Assembly: GCA_032718475.1 (NCBI GenBank)
Contig: JAUCBJ010001749.1
Span: 1 to 40,267, forward strand
Direction: 5' to 3'
DNA: 40,267 bases
Source: Nemertoderma westbladi
Taxonomy: Eukaryota > Animalia > Xenacoelomorpha
Position numbers and translations under genes: made by a program. Below are positions 1-11,372 of this stretch, one piece after another (the stretch's first letter is position 1; every line of letters starts with the position of its first letter). The notes under the pieces are model-generated. The model ran no database searches, had not been told where the DNA came from, and worked only from the letters and a program-made list of their open reading frames with translations.

Positions 1-6
1 CTTTAG

Positions 7-536
7 CTATGAATGCTATCCACAAAGAGGATGATCGATTTCTTATCTATAGACGTCAAAAGAAAGAACTACCTGTCCGTTACATCCCCATGAGAGCTAC
101 AGCTGAATGTATTTTACGAGTCCCGCAACATAGATTGAGTAGGTTGATGGTAGATCGTCGAGTTACGTCGCAAAAGAAAGAACTTAACTTCTTAAGATTC
201 AGTATTCCGGGGAGAGTGTGTGGCCTTGCGACATTGAATATCAAGAGACGACAGTTAGCTAATGACTGGGGCATCATTTACGAGGGGAAACTGTGGCCCA
301 AGATGTTGATCAGCCGGGAGGCGTGGTTGTCTGATAGAGTGGCTCAGAGTTGGAGAGATAAGCGAAGTCGCATCGTTGATTTAGCGAAGGGAGATGCGCC
401 AAAAAAGAGAAACAGACGCGGGCTGTCGTCCCCACCGAATCCACGTCCGAAATGGTACGGCCTTATGGACGACATGTCGGGAACAAGTGGAGGCAAATAC
501 AAACCGGGTTATGTAGAACAAAATTATATCAGTTGA
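7..536 (+). CDS. Probable terminal coding exon of an unidentified gene (about 175 aa, basic)
   Basis: Open frame to TGA at 534-536 with higher GC than its flanks. The window starts with CTTTAG, a possible splice acceptor at 5-6. AATAAA at 650-655. No domain recognised. Confidence 0.5.
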
Positions 537-690
537 TCGTTGGGCCATGATAAACTACTATTATGAACAGTGTGTGTGTAAGATAGGTTGGGTATCGAAA
601 TATAATTCATCGCCCTATATACAGTAGTGTACTTATTAATAATTGAAATAATAAATTATATTAAATATAAATGAATTAAATGATGTACAT

Positions 691-990
691 GCCGCTTTGT
701 CAAGTGGTGATATCGCACAGCTTTACAGGGAAGACCCCTGGTTCGATCCATAAATTGGGCAGCACCGATTGCGTTTAGGCATAGCGCTTTAAACGCATTG
801 AGACAGAATTAGCCCAAGCCGGGGTTTCATCCTTGACTGGTCGATAAATGGGACCCAAGGTTATAATTTCGAAAACGGAGAGGAACGGTTTACTACAGTG
901 CCGTGGAAGATTGTTCTTGGTGGTGAACGGGCTTTCCTTGGCTTAATAATGAGAGCGCTTCTCACATTCATTGCTGTAATTAAATTAATT
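691..990 (+). mobile_element. tRNA-derived SINE
   Basis: A-box-like TGTCAAGTGG (698-707) and B-box GGTTCGATCC (740-749). The body motif TTTCATCCTT..GGTCGATAAATG (825-850) resembles, from memory, a conserved central domain of metazoan SINEs. AT-rich tail; 3' end approximate. Confidence 0.65.
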
Positions 991-1311
991 AAGTAATTAT
1001 AGGGTTAACTGCTGTATGATTACTTTATTTCGGACTTTATACAAGATTTCATACAGTAATCATTGTTGTGGTCATTATTGTGTTATCGGCCTAATATCTT
1101 GTAAATTACTATGTATTGGTAATTTAATTCCACAAATAGTAACATTATTTGGCGACGAAAATGATGCTGCTCTTATCTACTGTATACAGCACAGTAGCTC
1201 TTTTAAAGGAATGCCTTTGTAGTTTTTCTTGCAGTCTCGCAATGGCATGAGAGTAAACAGAAATGGAAATGAGACTGGAGGATGCGATTATGTATTTCTA
1301 GTCAATATATA

Positions 1312-1390
1312 CGGATTGGATTGTATTCTACAGTATCAATGTATTCGGATCAATGTATATTCGGATTGGATTGTATTCTATCAATGTATT
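1312..1390. repeat. Short imperfect local duplication (CGGATTGGATTGTATTCTA..TCAATGTATTC x2)
   Basis: Two copies visible. The first carries an extra CAGTA (TA-CAG-TA) relative to the second. Confidence 0.7.
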
Positions 1391-2835
1391 CAGCAGCACC
1401 ACCAATTATAATTATTCTGCCAATTACAGTACTCGATTGTCAAAGATCCAACGACTCACGGAGTAGGCCTATAGGTGTCTCCGCTCTACGTACGTAGTGC
1501 CACAAAGTATTGGACTTCTATTACTACATAAAATACAGTATTTATTTCAAGTTTTGGGATTTTGTCCTAAGCCCCATATAAATAATAATATATAGTTAGT
1601 TATATTCATGGTTACAAATGATTGGAAACGTGACGCAGATCTGCCGTATTGTAATAATATCACAAGCCTAAGCCAAATATTCCCAGGTAATATAATATTT
1701 GTCACTAACCAGGGATATTGATATTATAATGTACAAAATATGGTCTGGAATACATCCACAAAATGTTGCCTTTCACTTATAGGTGTAGGGAGGCCTTATA
1801 CATACAGTAATATATTGTTCTATAATGACACTCAACTCAGTCTTTGTCAATGGGCAGTGCAGTAGTAGGTGTGTCTGCCACCAATATGTACTGCACGGAT
1901 CATTTGGCATGCAAAACAATACATTGATAACTTTATTAGTCTTTTCAACTAAATAAAGTATATTATTAATATGGTACGGTACCTACAGTACTGCAGGCAT
2001 ACGTTGTGTAAGCACCTTTAACACATCTTTCTACTAGTATAAGGGGGTGGGGGGGCTACAGTATTTTACATATATCCATTTTTGACGGAAAATAAAATGA
2101 TGTTTTTCATCCACATACAGTAGTTGTTGTATATTATTGAGTGTGCAGTTTGGAGTGACAAATGACCAAAAATTTATAACAGTTTATGTTGCAGATTTAT
2201 TCATTCAGAAAAAGTTCGCGACTTAGTGATGTTCCAGAATAATTTATTTACCTGACCTATAAGCTGTGATTCAATGAGAAATTAATATTTTTTTTATAGT
2301 AATAAAGCAAACATTGGTTGCTACAGTACAGTAGGCCTATATATTGGAACTATACGTAGCATCCAATTTTTAAATATCTCAAAGATAGCACGATGTAGGC
2401 CTTCAGTAGATGCAGGTAATTAAAATATACAATTTAACTTCTTGGAAATAAAAAATTTAGACTAATGTTAACGAAGATGTTTCACATAATTAAGTTTAGG
2501 ATGGATGTTTGCCGAAACCGCAGTATTACTGTATAATTAATTATCATTTAGTAGTTATGCATACATACTGCAGTACCTGATAAGCCTTTCCGTTCAGTTT
2601 TTGTTCGCTAATCTGATAATATTTGACTACGTCAAAGTTGCTCAGTTGGTTTATTTCTCGCTAACATGAGTGAGTAATTGATTATTCATAAATTCTGCAA
2701 ATATGGCATACTTTACGTTGGCTACATATACTGTATATAAATAGTTAAATTTTCCAAACCAAATATTAGTATATTTATTTAATTGTAGGCCTAGTGTATT
2801 TATACAGCGTATAAATATTTCTGTCAGATCGGAAC

Positions 2836-2867
2836 AAGGCGTCCTAAACTAAAGTTTAGGACGCCTT
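2836..2867. repeat. Perfect 15-bp hairpin
   Basis: AAGGCGTCCTAAACT-AA-AGTTTAGGACGCCTT. Confidence 0.85.
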
Positions 2868-3479
2868 TGCCTTTTGACATTAGGCAAGTACCATAGTGAC
2901 AAGTACCACACTAGCGGAGTGACATTAAACAGGAATGTGCCTGGATAAGAACGTGCCTGTAATACTGTATAAGCTATAAGGTTCAGGAATAACTGCTGCT
3001 CGACTGGTAAAATTCTGTATTAACGGATAGGCCTACACCTTTTCAAATGATTGTACACAGTAGCTAAAGAATGAAAGCGAAAATATAATTTTATGTCTCA
3101 CCCAGTAAGGGGGGAGGTGGAGGGTGAAACTATCTGCATTTCATACCATATCTCATTTTAAGATTTATATAAAAATTAGGGTTTTGGGGACGTACAGTAC
3201 CTGCATTAATACACTATTCAAGGACATATACACGTATACCCTACTGTCGTGTTTCAGTTTCAAAACGATGTTTGTTCCAGTATTATGATTATCCCGCTGA
3301 ATCTCTTAGATTATGACTTTGGGTTCGTGTTACAAGGAAGTTTTAATTATGGTTGAGGACTGACCCCATCTAACCCCAACCAAAATAATAAACCGAATAC
3401 CTCACAAAGCCATTTAAAGCACTGAAGTACGTTAGGCAGCCAAATGAGGTAGTCAGGTTACAGTGTAAATATCAGCACA

Positions 3480-4470
3480 GCAGTATCAGTAATATCAGTA
3501 TGTAATACCGGTCTGCCGGTACACTGTACAGCAGAATGGATGGAGGCAAAGATTCCTGAAGCCGCATTGTACTGCTTTAACTTACTTTCAGTTTAATGCT
3601 ACCGGTCTGCCGGTACCGTATTTTAACAAAGTCAAGGTCACATCACATTCAACCATTCCAGCATTTGTCTGTCTGTCTATTGCAATTACAGAATTCTTAC
3701 AATCTGACAATTACCTACTGTATTACCGGTACCGGCATACCGGCTGACCGGTACTAAATTCACAATTACCTGAATACCAGAATGTCAAAATTTGTGCTGC
3801 AGTGCTGATAGTCAGATAGTTCGCAGTACCATTTGCTGTCCACTCCACAGCAGCACAGACTTCTCTCAGTAGTCAGTGCTGCTGCTGCAGTGGATCTATA
3901 CTGATCTACCAGCCTACCTGCCTACTGCCAGACTGCTGTCAGGCTGTAGTCTCAGTAAGCTGGATGCTGGAGGCTGATGCCTGCATGCAGGCATGGCAGC
4001 ATGGGTGTTGTCAGGTTGTTGTTGTTGATTGCAGCCTTGCAGGTTTCAACCCATAGACTGATAAATGTACTGTAGTTTATGTCTACTAGTCTACTAGTAT
4101 GTTATGCTGTTATGTATGTCACATACTGACATAGCTGCATAGGCCTACATGTTCTGTTCCTGTTCTGTTCACCCACATACAGCTGTACAGTATGTCAGTA
4201 TGTGGGTAAACAGAACCTGAGAACAGGTAAAGATAGGCCCTAATCCATATGTAATCAGATAATACTGGCAGACCGGTACAAACATGTATCCTGCCTGCTA
4301 TCGGTAGACCGCACCGGTACCGGTCAGCCGGTATCTACGGCTGTACGGCATACCAGCATACTACAGTACTACTGTACTGGCGTACGGTATCAGATCAGAA
4401 TCTAATAGGCCTACAGTTACAGTCTGACAGTACCGGTACCATGGTTCCGGTAATACTAACTGACTAATTC
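3480..4470. other. Dense cluster of putative transposon excision footprints
   Basis: At least 19 exact 5-mer/CAG or CTG/same 5-mer motifs in about 1 kb, plus TA-CAG-TA, TA-CTG-TA, TA-CCGG-TA and TA-GGCC-TA. Confidence 0.8.
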
Positions 4471-4493
4471 TGTCATTATGCATTAATACAGTA

Positions 4494-4745
4494 CGGAGTT
4501 ATAGTTCATATCCGTACCGACCTGAAAATCCCGCCTCTGTGAGCTGTGACCTGCTCCTTTCCCTGATTTCTGGATTTGGTAAAGTGACCGTTTATTGTTT
4601 TGGTTAGAAAAGCCCACCACTGTAACCTGCTCCTTTCTGCCTTTCCGTTAATTAAGTAATGGAGATTAGTTTATTGTTTTGGTTAGAAAACACCACCACT
4701 GTAACACCATCGGTCAGGTCGGTACGCATATGAACGATAACCCAG
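4494..4745. mobile_element. MITE with about 32-bp TIRs and TA TSD
   Basis: CGGAGTTATAGTTCATATCCGTACCGACCTGA (4494-4525) is inverted at 4714-4745. TA flanks both sides. It ends 61 bp before the HOPX-like ATG. Confidence 0.85.
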
Positions 4746-4806
4746 TACGGTAATCTTGTAATAGAATACCGGTAGCCTAAACTAAATTTCAAATATTTGA
4801 ATTGTC

Positions 4807-5922
4807 ATGGCGGTAAACTATTTGCAACCTCGTGTATACGGCCCAACGAGACATACCTTACACGGGAGCATCGCCGCTCCCACCGTCTCTAAGTCCCAGA
4901 CAAATCGATCTCAAACAGTTTCGGTTCCTCTCACCGACACAACGAAATCCGTATCCGTGAGACCGAGCGTGAGAACTCTGAAACAAACTCGAGGTCGCAT
5001 CCAACCCGGTAAACCAACATACCCCCGAATCACAGAATCAACCGGATTCGACACAAACAGAAACCGACTTTCCTCCAAGTCACTTTCCTGTCCGAGATTG
5101 CGAACTCAAAGTGTCGAAAGCATCGGGAGTCATCGGAGCTTCGCCTCCACCGCGTCCAACCCGCAACGAATACAAACAACATATTTCAGCGTCTTCAATC
5201 GGAAAGACTCTCCTAGTTTCGGCAACGTGGACCAACTCCCCTCCAAGAATCCGTACCCGCGGTACCAGTTGGCCTCCGAAGACGACGACGACTTCCTAAC
5301 GCCGCCGAGTCGCTCGCCGGAGTTCCACTCGTCGCAGGGCTCGCTCAGCAACCTCGCGGGGCTGGAGAGCCCCCCCGCAGCCCGGTTGCGCGTGCCGGAC
5401 CTGCTGGATCGCAGCGCCGACAGCTGCGATCGGCTGCGGTCCCGTTCAGTTACCCCCAATAGTAAGCGGTACCCGCGGTTCTACCAGGGAACCTCGCAGC
5501 ACCGGGAGCGAACACCGGAGTCTCTGAGTTACAGACCAACCAACCTGGAGTCCACCCCGGATGCGCGTTCTAGAACACATGCGAATATAGCCAGATCAAC
5601 GCCGAGTTCTAGAACATTTACGTTAGAGACACCGCCGAGTTCTAGAATGTACGATGTCGCCGTTTCGCCGACACCAACCACCGATACAACTACGCACTCG
5701 GCTGCTGGAGGCGTATCGATGCGGTACCCGCCATGGAATTCAGAAGCGTTCTACCGGAACAGAATCCATCGTATCGTAGCGAAACCTTCCACGGCTGAGA
5801 TGGAACTAAGTTCCCATCAACTCAGTGTTCTAGAATCCGCCTATAAGCTGAATAAATGCCCAGATACTGACGAACTATCAATTCTGTCCGAGAAAGCAAA
5901 CATGTCTACTTCTCTGGTTAAA
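4807..5922 (+). CDS. HOPX: HOPX-family homeobox gene, coding exon 1 (372 aa: long S/T/P/R-rich region plus homeodomain helices 1-2)
   Basis: The ORF ends in LSSHQLSVLESAYKLNKCPDTDELSILSEKANMSTSLVK, followed by the donor GTGAGT (5923-5928). The intron is phase 0, at the usual PRD-class position in helix 3. Confidence 0.8.
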
Positions 5923-6597
5923 GTGAGTAAATTTTATATCCCCATTTATGTCCCTTAGTACATGTACTTTAGTAAGTTTCTCTCTACCACCAAGACTATT
6001 AACCTTCCTTTAATGCTGAACTAATAGGGGATTGATAATAAAAGTTTAGGTTCAATCAAACCAGCAAAAATAGTAGGCCTATACCGGAACCACAAAAAAC
6101 ACGAAATGTCAGCGTACGAGATGAGATTTAATTTCATTCATGGAGACATAATGGTTTATGTTTCAACAAAATATAAACAATTACAAACCAATATTGTATT
6201 CGATTTAGTTTTTTCCTGAAACAACCAGTTAAATTGTATTATAATTTTATTAAATAATAATTATTATTTCTACCAAACCCGCATTGATAACAATATGGGC
6301 AATTATTGTTTGATAATAACATCTTCCGGTTCAGGGTACACTAAATGCAAACTTCGGTAATCAAATATGGAGGGAAAGAGATTAATAATATCCAGTAAAC
6401 AACATTGTCCGACACGCTAACAGTGATTGGAACACAGAGGATCTGTCATAACCTTTGGAGACTATCACGTTGACAAATAATATAAGTTATTGTTTAATAT
6501 ATAATAATAATATCACAATATTTATCTCTACCGCTAATCGAGTCAGAAAGCGTTTTATTCGCACTTTAATTTCAAGTCTCTTTATTTTATTTTTTAG

Positions 6598-6684
6598 ACG
6601 TGGTACGAGAATAAATTATCCGAATGGCGTCGCAGAGAAGGTCTCCCAGCCCGGGGCTCTTCTGTGTTCGATCGCTTCCGGTGA
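6598..6684 (+). CDS. HOPX: HOPX-family homeobox gene, coding exon 2
   Basis: After the acceptor TTTTTAG (6591-6597) it reads TWYENKLSEWRRREGLPARGSSVFDRFR*. This matches the diagnostic HOPX C-terminus (human KWFKQRLAKWRRSEGLPSECRSVTD, from memory). Confidence 0.88.
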   Translation, partial: TWYENKLSEWRRREGLPARGSSVFDRFR

Positions 6685-6774
6685 GACTCTTCCGGTGTGT
6701 ATCGCTTCCGGTGAGACTCTTCCGGTGTGTATCGCTTCCGGTGAGACTCTTCCGGTGTGTATCGCTTCCGGTGA
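6671..6774. repeat. 30-bp tandem repeat x3.5 overlapping the HOPX stop codon
   Basis: ATCGCTTCCGGTGAGACTCTTCCGGTGTGT at 6671, 6701 and 6731, partial at 6761. Confidence 0.95.
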
Positions 6775-6937
6775 TCGATCGACTCCCCGCGAAGGCAATC
6801 GGTTTCCGTTGAAGGGTAGAATGGAATTCTCTGGTGTTATGTCTGTTTCCGGTGACGGTTGGGTTATTGACTCCCAACTCTATGGTGCTACACCGGAATA
6901 TCTCCATTGTATTTCCCTTGCCTTTATTTATTTGACC

Positions 6938-6943
6938 AATAAA
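6938..6943 (+). promoter_or_regulatory. Candidate polyadenylation signal of the HOPX-like gene
   Basis: First AATAAA after the stop codon, about 250 bp downstream. Confidence 0.5.
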
Positions 6944-8258
6944 CTCACGAAGTAGCCTATATAGTAGCGTTCTATTGCTTTGGCCGCCTTTAGTTGTGGG
7001 GTATTGGACGGACGGGGTCGGTTTTTATTTTATTTTTTTCAGACAACTATAATTCAAGTGCTCATTACATTCCGTAATTTTTTAGTTAAATTTTATTTAT
7101 ATTTGGAATAAGAATTGTGTTTATTTAACAACAATACGACCGCTAATCAAAGTAAAATAATATTATTGATAATATTTCTTTATAGTAATTAAAAATTTTT
7201 TAGTAAGTAATCTTTAGTTCCATTTAACAAAATAGATGGAGGGGGGGGGGGGGGGGGGGTCCCTTTAAAAACAGTTTTTATTACTAGAAATAGATAAATA
7301 ATCAAGATTATATATCATCATAATACGAATTTAGGGATGATCTGTTAGTACACTAGTGTCCCTTAACGGGATCCCGGTGAAAAATCCAATCCCGATCCCG
7401 ATCCCGACTTTTTTTTGGAACGGGATTCCGAAGTATAAATAGTGAAGTAAATATCTTAATATCCGATGAATAGTTGCTAGTTAGTTGAACCAGAAGAGAA
7501 TGTCAGTAAAACATCCAGAAATCAACTATAATTAAATTGTAATATAACTTTATCTTACTAATAGTTCAGAAGTGTAGACGGCCTCAGTACACCAACCGAG
7601 TATTTACGCTGGCAGGGAATGTATATTTTCTTATTATTCTAATAAATACGAATTAAGTCGTTAACGTATTGGTGAGTTAACGAGTTGGGGAGCGTAATTT
7701 AAAATGCATATCATTTTATAAACATTTTTTTTCATTGCCTCGTCATTTTAAATGTTCTGTTGGCTTATTTACGCCTTTAATATAAATCGCCGTTTCATTA
7801 GTAATACAAACCTTTAATTTATCGTTTTGATTATAAATAATAATTGAACTGATTTCCCTGCAAACTGAATTCATCGCAGTGCATTTAATAAAATGATATA
7901 CAATAATTAATTACCAACAAATATCATTACCAAATGCCACTTATGTAACACTTTGGTTTGTATCATTTAGTTTATATTTATTATAGTAATTTATTTGGTA
8001 GATGGTTTATAGCCAACAATAATTTAATGGGTGCTTATCTCAATTTGTATTAAATAATTACTTAAATTAGCTTTGTGTGTTACAGTTCTTTGTAGTCCGC
8101 CTAGCAGCCGGGATTATTGGGCAAAAAAGTGTTAGTGATGTGATGTTATAATTATTTAAACACGATAATGCTATAAAAGAATTCTCAATTAATTGGAAAA
8201 AATTCGCAGATTATAGTTTGATTTTCGTCGCCTCCGTAATAAATAAATAAATATGCGT

Positions 8259-9530
8259 ATTCATATATGGGTTGACGCTTGACGACTTGTCTACTCGAGC
8301 AACCGATACATATATGGGTTGACGCTTGACGACTTGTCTACTCGAGCAACCGATTCATATATGGGTTGACGCTTGACGACTTGTCTACTCGAGCAACCGA
8401 TACATATATGGGTTGACGCTTGACGACTTGTCTACTCGAGCAACCGATTCATATATGGGTTGACGCTTGACGACTTGTCTACTCGAGCAACCGATACATA
8501 TATGGGTTGACGCTTGACGACTTGTCTACTCGAACAACCGATACATATATGGGTTGACGCTTGACGACTTGTCTACTCGAGCAACCGATACATAAAATAT
8601 GGGTTGACGCTTGACGACTTGTTTACTCGAGCAACCGATACATATATGGGTTGACGCTTGACGACTTGTCTACTCGAGTAACCGATACATATATGGGTTG
8701 ACGCTTGACGACTTGTCTACTCGAGCAACCGATACATATATGGGTTGACGCTTGACGACTTGTCTACTCGAGCAACCGATACATATATGGGTTGACGCTT
8801 GACGACTTGTCTACTCGAGCAACCGATACATATAAGGGTTGACGCTTGACGACTTGTCTACTCGAGCAACCGATACATATATGGGTTGACGCTTGACGAC
8901 TTGTTTACTCGAGCAACCGATACATATATGGGTTGACGCTTGACGACTTGTCTACTCGAGCAACCGATTCATATATGGGTTGACGCTTGACGACTTGTCT
9001 ACTCGAGCAACCGATACATATATGGGTTGACGCTTGACGACTTGTTTACTCGAGCAACCGATACATATATGGGTTGACGCTTGACGACTTGTCTACTCGA
9101 GCAACCGATACATATATGGGTTGACGCTTGACTACTTGTCTACTCGAGCAACCGATACATATATGGGTTGACGCTTGACTACTTGTCTACTCGAACAACC
9201 TATACATATATGGGTTGACGCTTGACTACTTGTCTACTCGAGCAACCGATACATATATGGGTTGACGCTTGACGACTTGTCTACTCGAGCAACCGATACA
9301 TATAAGGGTTGACGCTTGACGACTTGTCTACTCGAGCAACCGATACATATATGGGTTGACGCTTGACGACTTGTCTACTCGAGCAACCGATACATATAAG
9401 GGTTGACGCTTGACGACTTGTCTACTCGAGCAACCGATACATATATGGGTTGACGCTTGACGACTTGTCTACTCGAGCTTCCGATACATATATGGGTTGA
9501 CGCTTGACGACTTGTCTACTCGAGCAACCG
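8259..9530. repeat. 47-bp minisatellite, 27 near-identical copies
   Basis: Unit ATACATATATGGGTTGACGCTTGACGACTTGTCTACTCGAGCAACCG. Span 1272 bp = 27x47 plus one 3-bp insertion. Confidence 0.97.
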
Positions 9531-10681
9531 CCCCTTTATTGCAAGGTAAATTACCCTATTTATTTACATACTATTTACTAAACATTGTCTACTTATTACT
9601 TTCATAAAAGTGCATCGTAAAGCGTATTTTTAATTCAAAAGTTTGATTAGTTTCTTTAAATAATCCCCGGCTATTTCCGCAAATGTGCGAAAAATACAGA
9701 TTTTATTTTCCACATTTACCGAAAAAAACCTTCCATCCTATCATATCGATCAACCTTCCAAAAATAAGGATAAAAAGTGCTCTCTAACCAGTTTGGTTAT
9801 TTAGATCAGTAAGTACTTCGGTAATAATTTATTCGGCATCGACAAAAATGTGGTTTTTATATTTCCTTGAAAATATGCGGAATACGAAGTCGGACAAAAA
9901 ATATGAGTTTATTTTTGTAAAATAAATATTTAGTATTTTGTGTTTAATAAACCGACCCACTCTATAACATTCCTCGGGACTGTATTGCTGCGAGGTTATT
10001 GGTTGTTTACTGTGGCTAATTATTGCGTAACTATGTACAGCTGTGTAAATTATTAATATTGCTATTGGTCCTTTAGTATCATTTAACCTAGATGTATGAT
10101 GTTCCATTATTATAATAAATAATATGGTTGTGATATAAAGACCTATACCAAATAAAATATATTCAAAATTAAATACTATCCTTACCAAACTTAATATACT
10201 CGCAGATTTAGGTAGTGGCGCTCCAAAACCCAAATTAAAACTATCACTTTTTGGACTTCCACGGTATTACCATTGACCCGCCTCTGAGGTCCACATACAC
10301 CAGACCTAGGGTTAGGGTTATATGTCAGTTATATTGATGTTGGAAGTACTAAATTTTGTATGCCAAACATTTGTATTGTTCTGTTATACTTATAATTATA
10401 ATGATATTTGCTCTATATATTCTTTCTTTATGAAACCAAACCAAACGATGCTTAATGCAATTAATAGTGCTTGTGCTAGTTTATGATTCGATTGTTAGAA
10501 CTCTGTATTTCATTATTGCTTACTGCATTTCTAGTAGTTATCTTGGGAACTAGAACATTCGCTAGGTGTATACTCATTACTCGTACTATATACTTTAAAT
10601 TTCCTACATTTGTTTTTTTAGTGGAATTGAAAAATGGCCAACGTGCATACAATTTTACAAAGGATGAAAATTGAATCCAAT

Positions 10682-11372
10682 ATTACCATGGCAACAGGGC
10701 TTGAACTTTGTATTATTTCATTAAGTTACCACTTAAAATAACATCCATTCAGGGTCACGTTCATTAAATATTGCAAGTCCAGACAATTGATTCCTGATAG
10801 ATTTGGTCTGACTCTGTTGCCATGGAACCGAAAACAATTGGAAGCATAAAGCATAAGATTAGATAATCAACTATTCCCAATAATAATGTAACAAACAATA
10901 TGGATTTCGACCCTATCCGATTCCGAACTATATGTACTACAGTAACTAACTGAAGTATATAGACAGGGCGCAGTTGTAATGTGTACAATATGATTATTAC
11001 TCTTCTTTTTAGTTTTCACTTTAATAAAATAATAATAGGAAAAATAATAATGTACATATACACTGTACTTCATGACCCCGAATGGTTGTTATTTTAAATT
11101 CATGGCGACTATATTTAACTTATATGAAAAATTAAGAAGGTTTATTATTACTTGTTACCAAGGTTACAGGAAGGCCTCCAAACCTTTTCATTAGAGACAC
11201 TACTTGAAATCAAGAGGGGGCCGGGGCGTGTACAATATATTTATTAGATTCCTGTTTTTGGCGGATATGGAACAGGTATTATAAGCATTAGTTAAAAAAA
11301 TAAATATTTGCCGTATAGATACGTAAACGTAGTGACGTTTGAAGAAGTATTCAGAGCAGTTGTCATGGCAAC
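10682..11372. repeat. Decayed repeat carrying GTTGCCATGGCAAC-like (X-box/RFX-like) palindromes
   Basis: Motifs at 10682-10695, 10816-10828 and 11359-11372. No ends or TSD identified. Confidence 0.35.

Noticed and set aside
691-770. Functional tRNA gene
   Set aside because: A and B boxes are present but I could not form acceptor and T stems; better explained as a SINE head.
5923-5958. C-terminus VSKFYIPIYVP of the 383-aa ORF
   Set aside because: Read-through into the intron; the homeodomain is completed by 6598-6684.
6455-6955. ORFs of 166, 106, 60 and 62 aa
   Set aside because: Products of the 30-bp repeat; the real exon is in a different, shorter frame.
7350-7430. Possible transposon end with ATCCCG repeats
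   Set aside because: No matching opposite terminus or TSD found in the window.
8259-9530. CRISPR-like array
   Set aside because: Units are identical end to end with no unique spacers, there are no cas genes, and the context is eukaryotic.
10200-10280. DLGSG methyltransferase-like motif
   Set aside because: Five-residue match in a short closed frame with no further motifs.
10307-10320. Telomeric TTAGGG repeats
   Set aside because: Only about two units; too short to interpret.
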